The notes: generated from the letters alone by a model not told the origin. Shown: positions 11,311 through 23,500, numbered from the stretch's first letter. The stretch is DNA of 64,000 nucleotides from an uncultured Actinomycetes bacterium (GCA_963819735.1 CAWFXC010000005.1:556460-620459); one strand, 5' to 3'. Numbers and translations are program-made.

Positions 11311-12317
11311 GGGCACGAACCTCCCCAGGGGCCCATGCCCTCCCACTGGTAGAGGGTCCAGGCCATCTCGTCCTGATCGTAGGACGTTGCCGAGTTGGCG
11401 GGGACGCCGACGAGATCGGCGCGGCCGGAGTGGCTCGCGGTGACGTTCCAGGTGGCCTGCAGGAATTGATAGGCGCCGAGGTAGGGGCCGGAGGAGTTCA
11501 CCGCGCCGTAGTTCCCGCTGCTCTCCCGGTTGCGCACGCAGGTGAGGAAGGGATCGTCGTGGTGGGGGCTCGTACCACCCGTTCCGCTGTAGCTCGGCGG
11601 CGGTGGGGGCGCGGCGGCGACCGGGGCCGCGGTCGTGGTGGTGGGCGCGGCGGCGGCGACGCTGCTCTTCGGAACGGTCGTGGTGGCCGCGGCCACCTGG
11701 GCGGCGGCGGTGGCCGCGGCGGTGGCTTGTTCGGCCTGCTCGGCGCGGGCGAGCTTGCTGTCGATCTCGGCGCCCTGGTCGCGCAGCGAGGCCAGCGCGG
11801 CGGCTTCGGCCTGCCGGGTGGTCTCGAGCGCGTCCTGCTGCATGCGCAGGTCGTGGGTCGCGTTGTGCAGCTTGGTGAACGTCGCCTCGTCGCGTGCGTT
11901 CACGTGGTCGATGAGGTGGGCGCGACGCGCGGCGTCGACCGAGTTCGTGCCGTCGATCAGAACCGACAGCTGGATGCCCGACGTGCGATAGGCCACGATC
12001 GCACGCGCTTTGGCGTCGGCGCGTGCCTTGCGCGCGGCGGCCGACAGCTCACGAACCACCTGCTCGTCGCGGGTGATCTGGGCGTCGAGGGTTTGGAACT
12101 TCGTGAGCGCGTCGAAGTAGCGGTTCGCGAGCGCGTCGGCCTCGGCCCGCAGCGCGGTCGCGCTGCCGTCGCTCGTGGCCTGCGAGCTGACCTCCGCCGA
12201 CGCGAACGGCGCGCTCGCGACCGCGGCGACGGCGAGGCCGACGACGACCGCGATCACGGCGACCGGTCCGAGCACGTGCGACGCCGCCGGACGACGGGGA
12301 GTCGATCGATGGCGCAA
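11307..12317 (-). CDS. Rpf-like transglycosylase domain protein with N-terminal signal/TM and coiled-coil region
   Basis: The C-terminal domain (LTCVRNRESSGNYGAVNSSGPYLGAYQF...TW) resembles the resuscitation-promoting-factor transglycosylase-like fold. The N-terminus has a hydrophobic segment, and the central region is Ala/Glu/Gln-rich. Confidence 0.7.
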   Translation of the reverse strand: MRHRSTPRRPAASHVLGPVAVIAVVVGLAVAAVASAPFASAEVSSQATSDGSATALRAEADALANRYFDALTKFQTLDAQITRDEQVVRELSAAARKARADAKARAIVAYRTSGIQLSVLIDGTNSVDAARRAHLIDHVNARDEATFTKLHNATHDLRMQQDALETTRQAEAAALASLRDQGAEIDSKLARAEQAEQATAAATAAAQVAAATTTVPKSSVAAAAPTTTTAAPVAAAPPPPPSYSGTGGTSPHHDDPFLTCVRNRESSGNYGAVNSSGPYLGAYQFLQATWNVTASHSGRADLVGVPANSATSYDQDEMAWTLYQWEGMGPWGGSCP

Positions 12318-12537
12318 ACTCGTGCGTCCTCCTCGGGGCCGTGATCGGGGTCCCGGACGGGACGCTCGCGACTCAACCCTGCGGGCGTGCGGAATCCCGT
12401 CACGCTAGCGGCCGGGCTACCGCCCCGCTCGGGTCGGGGCTGCTCGAGGAGCCGCTCAGGGGCCGATCGGGGCCGTCGGGAGCCCCGATATCGGCCGTTC
12501 TCCCTGGTCAGGGGCGTGTTCGGTAGCGTGGGCCGGA

Positions 12538-13218
12538 GTGCCCACCGAGCCCCCGCCGAGCCGTTGGATCCTGCCGCCGGCCGACAATGTGGCCGACGCC
12601 GAGATCGCCGGGGTCGGTGGCGACCTGGCGCCGGGAACGCTGCTGGCCGCCTACCGCCAGGGGTTGTTCCCGATGCGCCTGCGGCCCCGGGGCCCGATCG
12701 GATGGTGGTCGCCCGACCCCCGCGGCATCATCCCGATCGACGGGCTGCGCGTGAGCCGGTCGCTGCGGCGTTCGTGCCGGCGGTTCGACGTGAAGGTGGA
12801 CACCGCGTTCGAGCAGGTGATGCGCGGCTGTGCCGACCCGCGTCGTCCGCACGGTTGGATCGACAAGAAGTTCATCGCCGCGTACACCGAGTTGCACCAC
12901 CTCGGATGGGCGCACAGCGTCGAGACGTGGCAGACCGACGCCGAGGGCGAGAGCGCGTTGGTCGGCGGGCTCTACGGCGTCGCCATCGGCAGTCTGTTCG
13001 CGGCGGAGTCGAAGTTCCATCGCGTTGCCGACGCGTCGAAGGTCGCGCTGGTGGGATTGGTCGAGTTGCTGCAATCGGGTGGGGCGACATTGCTCGACGT
13101 GCAGTGGACGACGCCTCACCTGCTGTCACTCGGCGCGGTCGACGTGCCGCGCGCGGAGTATCTCGACCGTCTCGCCGACGCCATCGCACGCGCACCGATG
13201 ACGACGTTCGTCGGGTGA
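12538..13218 (+). CDS. aat: leucyl/phenylalanyl-tRNA--protein transferase
   Basis: The GLFPM...WWSPDPRG motifs are characteristic of Aat. Length is 226 aa. Confidence 0.9.
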   Translation: MPTEPPPSRWILPPADNVADAEIAGVGGDLAPGTLLAAYRQGLFPMRLRPRGPIGWWSPDPRGIIPIDGLRVSRSLRRSCRRFDVKVDTAFEQVMRGCADPRRPHGWIDKKFIAAYTELHHLGWAHSVETWQTDAEGESALVGGLYGVAIGSLFAAESKFHRVADASKVALVGLVELLQSGGATLLDVQWTTPHLLSLGAVDVPRAEYLDRLADAIARAPMTTFVG

Positions 13219-13240
13219 GCGTCGGGGTAGCCTGCGCGCC

Positions 13241-13594
13241 ATGGAAACCATGCAGGTGTACTTCAACCCGAGTTGCAGCAAGGCCCGTGGTGCGGTCGAG
13301 ATCCTCCGCGACAAAGGGGTCGAGCTCGACATCGTGGAGTACCTGAAGCAGCACCCCACGCGGGCTGATCTCGAGCGGATCGTCGACGCGATCCCCGACC
13401 CGCCGGCGGCGTTGGTGCGCAAGGACAAGCGCTTCGCCGAGCTGGGCCTCTCCGTCGCCGACTACCAGACGAAGGCGCAGGTGGTTGCGGTGCTGCTCGA
13501 GTACCCCGAGCTCATGGAACGCCCGGTCGTGTTCCGCGGTGATCGCGCGGTGATCGCGCGTCCGAGCGAGAAGGTGCTCGAACTTCTCGACTGA
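13241..13594 (+). CDS. ArsC/Spx-family protein (YffB-like arsenate reductase family)
   Basis: The N-terminal motif MQVYFNPSCSKAR, with its CxxK/R signature, is typical of the ArsC/Spx thioredoxin-like family. Length is 117 aa. Confidence 0.8.
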   Translation: METMQVYFNPSCSKARGAVEILRDKGVELDIVEYLKQHPTRADLERIVDAIPDPPAALVRKDKRFAELGLSVADYQTKAQVVAVLLEYPELMERPVVFRGDRAVIARPSEKVLELLD

Positions 13595-15835
13595 CTAGAC
13601 CCCGCTCGACACCGGCTCGCGTACCGGCTCCACCTCGGGCGTCGGCTTCGGGCCGTCGCCCTCGATGTCGATGCGGGGCAGGAAGTCGAGCCACTTCGGG
13701 AACCACCAGTTGGCGTCGCCGAGGATCTCCATGATCGACGGCACGAGCATCATGCGCACGATGGTCGCGTCGACGAGCACCGCGAACGCGAGCCCGAGGC
13801 CGAACATCTTCACTTCGGGCGAGTAGTTGGCCACGAACGCGCCGAACACGAAGATCATGATCAGCGCGGCCGACGTGATGACGCGCGCGGTGCGCGAGAG
13901 CCCGCGCACGACGGCGAGCCGGGTGTTCCCGGTGTTGTCGTACTCCTCGCGGATGCGGGTGAGTAGGAACACCTGGTAGTCCATCGAGAGTCCGAAGAGG
14001 ACGGCGAACATCATCATCGGGATGAACGCCACGATGGGCACCGTGCCCTGCAGCCCGATCAGGCCCTTCATCCACCCCCACTGGAACACCGCGACGGTGG
14101 CGCCGTAGGCGGCCGCGACCGACAGCAGGTTCATGGCGGCCGCGGTGAGCGGGACGAGCACGGAGTGGAACACCAGCATCAGCAGGATGAACGACAGGAA
14201 GACGACCGCGGCGATGAAGTACGGCAGGCGGTCGCTGATCCGGTTGCCGATGTCGATGAACGTCGCGGTCTGACCGCCGACGTACGCCGTGGCCCCGCTC
14301 GTGCCGACCGCCGCCGGGATCACGTCGTTGCGCAACGTGCCGACGAGGTCTGCGGTCTGGGCGCTGTCGGGGGAGGACGACGGCAGGACGCCGATCTCGG
14401 CCACCGTCTTGTCCGGGCTGAGCCGGGGCGGCAGCACCGACTGCACGCCCGCGGTCTTGGAGATGGCTGACGTGATGTCGGCGAGCACGGCGTCGTCGCC
14501 GGCCGACGGCAGCGCGACCACGACGAGCAGTGGCCCGTTCGTGCCCGGCCCGAAGCCGTCGGCGATGAGGTCGTAGGCCTGTCGTTGCGTCGCCGACTTC
14601 GGGAGGTTGCCGTCGTCGGACTGCCCCAGCCGCATCGACAGCACCGGGAGGGCGAGCACGATCAGGATGGTGATGCCGAGGATCGCAAACGGCCACGCGT
14701 GCTTCGCCACCAGCGTGGCCCAACGCTCCCAGACGCTGGCGCGGGGGGAGATGGCGTCGTCGCCGCCCGCGGCGGCGGCCGCGGCCTGGGCCCGATCCGG
14801 ATGGTGGATGAGGCTCGGTACCTTCCAGCGGTCGATGCCCTTGCCCACGAGCCCGATGACCGCGGGAAGCAGGGTGAGCGCGGCCAGCATCATCACCGCC
14901 ACGACGACCGCGGCCATGTAGCCCAGCTTGGCGACGTAGGGGATGCCGGCGATGGCGAGGCCGCAGATCGCGATGACCACCGTTGTGCCGGCGAAGAGCA
15001 CTGCCGATCCGGCCGTCGCCACGGAACGACCCGTGGCGGCTTCGGTGTCCATGCCCGCGGCGCGGTTCTCGCGGTAGCGGGTGACGATGAACAACGAGTA
15101 GTCGATGCCCACGCCGAGACCGATCATCGTGGCGAGGGTCGGCGCAAGGGTGCCGATCTCGGTGACTGCAGCGAAGATGTTGATGATCGCGATGCCGACG
15201 CCGAGGCCGAGCAGCGCGGTGAGGATCGGCAGCCCCATCGCGACCACCGAGCCGAACGCGAACAGCAGGATGATGACCGCGGCGAGGAGACCGATGAGAT
15301 CGGCGTTGCCCTCGGGCGGACGATCGGCGTAGTCGACGACCTCGCCGCCGTAGGCCACCTTGGCGCCGGCCTGACGCGCCGACGCGGTCGCATCCTGGAG
15401 TTGAGCGAACGTGTTGCTCGGGAGCTTCTGCGCCTGGGTGTCGTACTGCACGGTGACGAGCGCGATCTTGCCGTCCTTCGAGATCAGCGCGTTGCCGAAC
15501 GGCCCGAATGGATCGCTGACGCTGGTGACGTGCGGGATCTTCTCGAGCGCGGCGACGCTGGCGGTGATCCCCGCGGCGACAGCCGGACTCTTGATGCCAT
15601 CAGCGGCCTGGAACACGACGGTGGCGCTGTCGCCCGACGCGGTCGGGAACTGCTGCTCGAGGAGGTCGAGCGCCTGCTGCGACTGTGCGCCCGGGATGCG
15701 GAAGTTGTCGGTGGTCTTGCCGTCGAGGCCGATCGCGAGCGCGACGACCACGAACACCGCCACCACCCACGCACCGATGAACCACCAGTGGTGGCGCGCC
15801 GCGCGTCTCCCCAGTCGGTCGAGCAGTCCGGACAC
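13595..15835 (-). CDS. MMPL family transporter
   Basis: Two 6-TM bundles each follow a large extracytoplasmic loop, giving typical RND/MMPL topology. The GTG at 15835 gives VSGLLDRLGRRAARHHWWFIGAWVV, preceded by AAGGGG. The longer ORF would run antisense through the thioesterase gene. Confidence 0.85.
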   Translation of the reverse strand: MSGLLDRLGRRAARHHWWFIGAWVVAVFVVVALAIGLDGKTTDNFRIPGAQSQQALDLLEQQFPTASGDSATVVFQAADGIKSPAVAAGITASVAALEKIPHVTSVSDPFGPFGNALISKDGKIALVTVQYDTQAQKLPSNTFAQLQDATASARQAGAKVAYGGEVVDYADRPPEGNADLIGLLAAVIILLFAFGSVVAMGLPILTALLGLGVGIAIINIFAAVTEIGTLAPTLATMIGLGVGIDYSLFIVTRYRENRAAGMDTEAATGRSVATAGSAVLFAGTTVVIAICGLAIAGIPYVAKLGYMAAVVVAVMMLAALTLLPAVIGLVGKGIDRWKVPSLIHHPDRAQAAAAAAGGDDAISPRASVWERWATLVAKHAWPFAILGITILIVLALPVLSMRLGQSDDGNLPKSATQRQAYDLIADGFGPGTNGPLLVVVALPSAGDDAVLADITSAISKTAGVQSVLPPRLSPDKTVAEIGVLPSSSPDSAQTADLVGTLRNDVIPAAVGTSGATAYVGGQTATFIDIGNRISDRLPYFIAAVVFLSFILLMLVFHSVLVPLTAAAMNLLSVAAAYGATVAVFQWGWMKGLIGLQGTVPIVAFIPMMMFAVLFGLSMDYQVFLLTRIREEYDNTGNTRLAVVRGLSRTARVITSAALIMIFVFGAFVANYSPEVKMFGLGLAFAVLVDATIVRMMLVPSIMEILGDANWWFPKWLDFLPRIDIEGDGPKPTPEVEPVREPVSSGV

Positions 15836-15967
15836 GGTCGCCCCTTGGTAGATAGCCGGTGTGCAAAGCCGGCGTTGCCAGCCGAATTGTCCCCGTCTAT
15901 GTCCTTCGACCGCCGGAGAGGGGGGCTTGACCGCTCTCTCGGCCCTCGCCAGGCCGATTCCGGGCCG

Positions 15968-16864
15968 ATGACGCCGGTGAGGATACGCCTGCGCGACCAT
16001 GGCCCGGGGGACACGTCGGAGGAGGAGCGGGGAGTGCCGGTCGAGTACGTCGCTGCACCCATACACGGGCGCGTCTACCGCACCAGCCGGCGGGTGTACC
16101 TCGGCGACGTGGATCGTGGCGCCCACCTCCGGCTGGAGGCGCTGGCCCGTTTCCTCCAGGACACCGCGACCGACGACGTCGACGACGTCGGGATCCCCGA
16201 CCGCGGTGGGGTGTGGGTGGTGCGCCGGGTCAACCTCGAGATCACCGCGCGGCCTCGCTATCTCGATCGCGTCGGGCTCGAGACGTTCTGCAGCGGTATC
16301 GGCCCACGGTGGGCCGAGCGCCGCACCACGATGCTCGGTGCCGACGGGCCCCTGGTGGAGGCGGCCGCCATCTGGGTGTTCATCGACGGTGCGGGCGGGC
16401 GGCCGCTCCCACTCGACGACGACTTCGAGCAGTTCTACGCCGAAGCGGCGGGCGGTCGCCGGGTCAGCGGCCGCCTGGAGCATCCGCGCCCCGCCGAGGG
16501 AGTCGCGACGCGGCCGTGGCCGGTGCGGGAGAGCGACTTCGACATCCTCGACCACATCAACAACGCGCGCTATCTGGAAGCGATCGAGGACGAGCTGGCG
16601 CGACGGCTCCCGAACCGGTCGGTGGTGCGCGCGAGCATCGAGTACCGGGGGGCGGTCGAGCGCCGCGACACCGTCGAGCTCGCGGCCGAGGTGGTCGGGC
16701 CGGTGGGTGACGGCGCCGGTGACGGTGGGGACGGTGAGCGGCAGCTGACTGTGTGGCTCCTGGCCGGCGGCGAGGTCCGGATGTCGGCGGTGGTCACGAC
16801 GGTCCCGAGTCCGCGGCCCATGCAGCGGCGGGGGTCACCGACCGAACGGGCACCGGTCGCGTAG
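15968..16864 (+). CDS. acyl-ACP thioesterase family protein (hot-dog fold)
   Basis: The 298-aa product from ATG 15968 has two hot-dog halves (YRTSRRVYLGDVD... and WPVRESDFDILDHINNARY). It is divergent from the MMPL gene. The exact start is uncertain. Confidence 0.6.
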   Translation: MTPVRIRLRDHGPGDTSEEERGVPVEYVAAPIHGRVYRTSRRVYLGDVDRGAHLRLEALARFLQDTATDDVDDVGIPDRGGVWVVRRVNLEITARPRYLDRVGLETFCSGIGPRWAERRTTMLGADGPLVEAAAIWVFIDGAGGRPLPLDDDFEQFYAEAAGGRRVSGRLEHPRPAEGVATRPWPVRESDFDILDHINNARYLEAIEDELARRLPNRSVVRASIEYRGAVERRDTVELAAEVVGPVGDGAGDGGDGERQLTVWLLAGGEVRMSAVVTTVPSPRPMQRRGSPTERAPVA

Positions 16865-16865
16865 G

Positions 16866-17924
16866 CTGATCAGCGCTCTGGACCCCTTCTTCCGCGATGC
16901 CCTCGCCGGGCGCCGGTGCCTCGTCACCGGAGGACTCGGATTCATCGGATCGAACCTGGCGCTGGCCCTTGCCGACCTCGGCGCGCAGGTGACGGTCCTC
17001 GACTCGCGCGTGGAGCGCCACGGCGCGAATCCGTGCAACCTGGTTCCCGGCCTGGGTGCGGCCCCGTCGCCGGGTGCGGCGGGCGTGGGTGCGGGTGCGG
17101 GCATCACGGTGATCGAGGCCGATCTCGGTGACGTCGGGCGCGACGACCTCCGCCGCGCCGCGATCGAGGCCGAGATGATCTTCAACCTCGCGGGGCAGGT
17201 GAGCCACGTCGACTCGATGGACGATCCGCTCTTCGACCTGGGGGTGAACACCACGAGCCAGTTCGCGTTCCTCGAGCTCCTGCGCAAGGAGAACGCCGAC
17301 GCGCGCGTCGTCTACACGTCGACCCGTCAGATCTTCGGCAAGCCGCGGTACCTCCCGGTCGACGAAGAGCACCCGGTCGCGCCGGTCGACGTCAACGGGA
17401 TCACGAAGTACGCGACCGAACAGCTCCACCTCCTGTATCACGACGTGTACGGCCTGCGGTCGTCCGCGGTCCGCCTCACGAACGTGTTCGGCCCGCGTCA
17501 GCGTGTGCGCGACGACCTACAGGGCTTCCTGCCGATCTTCGTGCGCCTCGCACTCGCCGACGACGTGATCGCGGTGTTCGGCGACGGCGCGCAGCAGCGC
17601 GACTGTCTCTACGTCGACGACGTCGTCGAGTGTCTGTTGCTCGCCGCGATCACCGACGACGCCGCGGGGGAGATCTTCAACGTCGGCAACGACGAGCGGC
17701 TCTCGCTCAGCGAGATTGCCGACGCGGTCGTGCTCGCCGCCGGCACCGGTCGGGTGGAGCACGTGCCGTGGCCCCCGGATCGCGACGCGATCGACATCGG
17801 CTCGTACTTCGGTGACTCGTCGAAGGCGAAGCGCATGCTCTCGTGGGAGCCGCGCACGTCGTTCGCCGAAGGCATCGAGCGCACGATCGCGTTCTACCGC
17901 GCGCGTTCGCAGTGGTATTTGTGA
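16866..17924 (+). CDS. NAD-dependent epimerase/dehydratase family protein; start codon unresolved
   Basis: The Rossmann motif LVTGGLGFIGSNL lies in frame at 16920-16960, upstream of the first canonical start (GTG 16989). In-frame CTG is at 16866 and ATC at 16869. There are no ATG, GTG or TTG codons between the in-frame stop at 16746 and 16989. Confidence 0.7.
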   Translation: MISALDPFFRDALAGRRCLVTGGLGFIGSNLALALADLGAQVTVLDSRVERHGANPCNLVPGLGAAPSPGAAGVGAGAGITVIEADLGDVGRDDLRRAAIEAEMIFNLAGQVSHVDSMDDPLFDLGVNTTSQFAFLELLRKENADARVVYTSTRQIFGKPRYLPVDEEHPVAPVDVNGITKYATEQLHLLYHDVYGLRSSAVRLTNVFGPRQRVRDDLQGFLPIFVRLALADDVIAVFGDGAQQRDCLYVDDVVECLLLAAITDDAAGEIFNVGNDERLSLSEIADAVVLAAGTGRVEHVPWPPDRDAIDIGSYFGDSSKAKRMLSWEPRTSFAEGIERTIAFYRARSQWYL

Positions 17925-18964
17925 CGGAAGCCGAGTCGCGCATCCCGGTCGTCGATCTGGCCCGCCGCGCGGCATCACTCGAGCCGGAGCTCTCGGAAGC
18001 GGTGGCGCGGGTGGCTCGTTCCGGCACCTATCTGTTCGGCCCCGAGCTCGACGCGTTCGAGGCCGAGTTCGCCGAGTTCACCGGCCGCCGCTACGCGGTA
18101 GGTGTCGCGTCGGGCACCGATGCGCTCCGCCTCTCACTGCTCGCGCTCGGGGTGGGCCCGGGCGACGAGGTCATCGTGCCCGCGTTCACCGCGGTGCCCA
18201 CTGCGGCGGCCGTGTGCGCGACCGGGGCGACGCCGGTGTTCGTCGACGTCGATCCCGACACCGCGGCCATCGACCACGCGGCCGCGGCCGACGCGGTGAG
18301 CAAACGCACGCGCGCGGTGATCCCGGTACACCTCTACGGTCGTCCGACCGCGTTGCCCGAGCTCGGCGTTCCCGTCGTCGAAGATGCCGCGCAGGCGCAC
18401 GGTGCGCTCGACCCGCGGTCGGGGTCGGCGGCCGCGGCCTACAGCTTCTATCCCACGAAGAACCTGGGCGGAGTCGGCGACGGCGGCGCGGTCGTGACCG
18501 ACGACGCCGAGCTCGCGGCGACGGTGCGGTTGTTGCGCGCGCACGGCGTCACCGAGGGCTACGTGCACACCCGCATCGCGACGAACGCGCGGCTGTCGGA
18601 CATCGCGGCGGCCGCGTTGCGTGTCGGCCTCCGCGGGCTCGAAGCCGGGAACCGGCGCCGACGTGAGATCGCGAGCTGCTACCGCGCCGCCGCGCCTCAC
18701 CTCCGGTGGCAGGCGGCGCACGAACGGCACGTGTACCACTTGTGCGTGGCCCGGGTCACCGACCGCGAGACCTTTCGGGATCGGGTTCCCTTCGGAACGG
18801 GCGTGCACTATCCGCTCGCGTTGACGCAACAGCCCGCCTACCTGCACTTCGTCCGCGCCGCGTGCCCGGTGGCGGAGTCGTGGGCCGCGGAGTGCGTATC
18901 GTTCCCGTGCTTCCCCGAGTTGACCGACGACGAGATCGAGGCGGTGTGTCGAGCGATCCCGTGA
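17921..18964 (+). CDS. DegT/DnrJ/EryC1/StrS family aminotransferase (sugar aminotransferase, ArnB-like)
   Basis: PLP-dependent sugar aminotransferase motifs (SGTDAL, DEVIVPAFT, YPTKNLG with the Lys in this region). Its GTG overlaps the epimerase stop as GTGA at 17921-17924. Confidence 0.9.
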   Translation: MTEAESRIPVVDLARRAASLEPELSEAVARVARSGTYLFGPELDAFEAEFAEFTGRRYAVGVASGTDALRLSLLALGVGPGDEVIVPAFTAVPTAAAVCATGATPVFVDVDPDTAAIDHAAAADAVSKRTRAVIPVHLYGRPTALPELGVPVVEDAAQAHGALDPRSGSAAAAYSFYPTKNLGGVGDGGAVVTDDAELAATVRLLRAHGVTEGYVHTRIATNARLSDIAAAALRVGLRGLEAGNRRRREIASCYRAAAPHLRWQAAHERHVYHLCVARVTDRETFRDRVPFGTGVHYPLALTQQPAYLHFVRAACPVAESWAAECVSFPCFPELTDDEIEAVCRAIP

Positions 18965-19899
18965 ACCCGGCCGTCCACGCCATCTCCGCGTTCTTCCCCT
19001 GCTTCAACGACGAAGCGACGATCGAGCGGATGGTGGATGTGGCCTTCGCGACGCTCGAACGCGTCGGGGTCGACGACTGCGAAGTGATCGTGGTCAACGA
19101 CGGGTCGACCGACGGTTCGGCGAAGGTGCTCGACGCGATCGGCGAACGCGAGCCGCGGCTGCGCGTGGTCACCCACGAGCACAACCGCGGGTACGGCGGG
19201 GCTCTGCTGTCCGGGTTCGAGGCGGCGAAGAAGCAGTGGGTCTTCTACACCGACGGCGACGGCCAGTTCGATCCGGCGGAGCTGGAGCAACTCGTGCAGC
19301 ACGCGTCGGATGCGGTCGACGTGGTGCAGGGCTACAAGATCCGGCGGGCCGACGGTCCGCTCCGCTCGGTGATCGGCCGGGTGTACCACCGGTTCGTGTC
19401 GTTCTTCTTCGGCCTGCACATCCGCGACACCGACTGCGACTTCCGCCTCATCCGGCGGGCCAAGCTCGACGAGGTCGAGCTGGTGTACACGACCGGTGTG
19501 ATCTGCGTCGAGCTCGTGCGCAAGCTGCAGGACGCGGGCGCCCGGTTCACCGAGGTGGGGGTGCACCACTACCGACGGGTGTTCGGCAAGTCGGAGTTCT
19601 TCCGGCTGGGTGCCATCGTGCGCACGTTGTGGGACCTCGCCGGGCTGTGGGTCCAGCTCGTGGTGCTCCGCCGTGGTCGCGACTCGGGATCGGTCAGGGT
19701 CGCGTTCGCGACGATGAGCACGGAGGTCCCGAACGGCACGTCGGCGCGCGCCAACACGCGGCGTTCGACGCCGGCGAGGGGCGCGAACACCCGATCGAGC
19801 TCGCGTTTGTCGACGTCGGAGCCCGTGGGCGTGTCGGCCCGGTTCCGGAGCCGTTCGATACCCGCCAGTGCGGCCGCGGGTGGGGCGAGGAACGAATAG
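18961..19899 (+). CDS. family 2 glycosyltransferase, polyprenyl-phosphate sugar transferase type (ArnC/DPM1/GtrB-like); 3' end uncertain
   Basis: GT-A motifs VVNDGSTDGS, DGDGQ and DxD, with a C-terminal amphipathic/TM segment (FFRLGAIVRTLWDLAGLWVQLVVL). Its GTG overlaps the aminotransferase stop as GTGA. The reading frame stays open about 60 codons past the recognisable domain, antisense to the methyltransferase gene. Confidence 0.8.
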   Translation: MNPAVHAISAFFPCFNDEATIERMVDVAFATLERVGVDDCEVIVVNDGSTDGSAKVLDAIGEREPRLRVVTHEHNRGYGGALLSGFEAAKKQWVFYTDGDGQFDPAELEQLVQHASDAVDVVQGYKIRRADGPLRSVIGRVYHRFVSFFFGLHIRDTDCDFRLIRRAKLDEVELVYTTGVICVELVRKLQDAGARFTEVGVHHYRRVFGKSEFFRLGAIVRTLWDLAGLWVQLVVLRRGRDSGSVRVAFATMSTEVPNGTSARANTRRSTPARGANTRSSSRLSTSEPVGVSARFRSRSIPASAAAGGARNE

Positions 19900-20423
19900 G
19901 CGTACGTCGACCGCTGCACCGTGAGGCCGGCACGCTCGGCGAGGGCGGACAGCGTGGCCCGTCGGTAGCGGCGGCGACCGTGGACGGTGGTGTCGTGGGC
20001 GCGTCGCAGTGATTCGAACGCCGGTTCGACGAGCACGACCGCACCTCCGGGCCGGACGACGCGGGCCAACTCGGCCATCGCGCGCGCGTCGTCGTCGACC
20101 GCGTACAGCAGCGTGATGCCGAGCGCGATGTCGAACCGGCCGTCGGCGAACGGCAGCGCTTCGACTCCGGCGCGTGCGGGAATGGTGTCGGGGCGGCGGG
20201 CACGGACGTAGGCGAGCGCGTCGGGCGAGAGGTCGACTCCCACCACGGTGCCGTGCGCGGCCAACCAGGCGCCGTTCCCGCCCGGTCCACACCCGGCGTC
20301 GAGGATCAACTCCGCGGTCGGGAGCCAGGGCGCGAGCACGTCGGCGACGAGCGCGCGCGTGTTGCGGTACCACCAGTGGTCGTCTTCGACCGCGGCGATC
20401 CGGGCGTACTCCTCGACCTCCAC
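19569..20423 (-). CDS. class I SAM-dependent methyltransferase
   Basis: The SAM-binding motif DAGCGPGGN and following motifs are present. The recognisable domain ends near 19700. The frame stays open to 19569, antisense to GT2. Confidence 0.75.
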   Translation of the reverse strand: MEVEEYARIAAVEDDHWWYRNTRALVADVLAPWLPTAELILDAGCGPGGNGAWLAAHGTVVGVDLSPDALAYVRARRPDTIPARAGVEALPFADGRFDIALGITLLYAVDDDARAMAELARVVRPGGAVVLVEPAFESLRRAHDTTVHGRRRYRRATLSALAERAGLTVQRSTYAYSFLAPPAAALAGIERLRNRADTPTGSDVDKRELDRVFAPLAGVERRVLARADVPFGTSVLIVANATLTDPESRPRRSTTSWTHSPARSHNVRTMAPSRKNSDLPNTRR

Positions 20424-20439
20424 GCGGCGAGGGTACCGG

Positions 20440-23454
<3,015 letters not shown>

Positions 23455-23500
23455 GTCCCTCCGTATCGGCCGGGAAGCCCTTCAGCTGTAGGGTCAGTCG

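Noticed and set aside
13595-16864. 986-aa MMPL ORF and 759-aa thioesterase ORF as listed
   Set aside because: Each extends antisense through the other gene. The conserved MMPL start (GTG 15835) and the thioesterase start (ATG 15968) leave a normal divergent promoter region.
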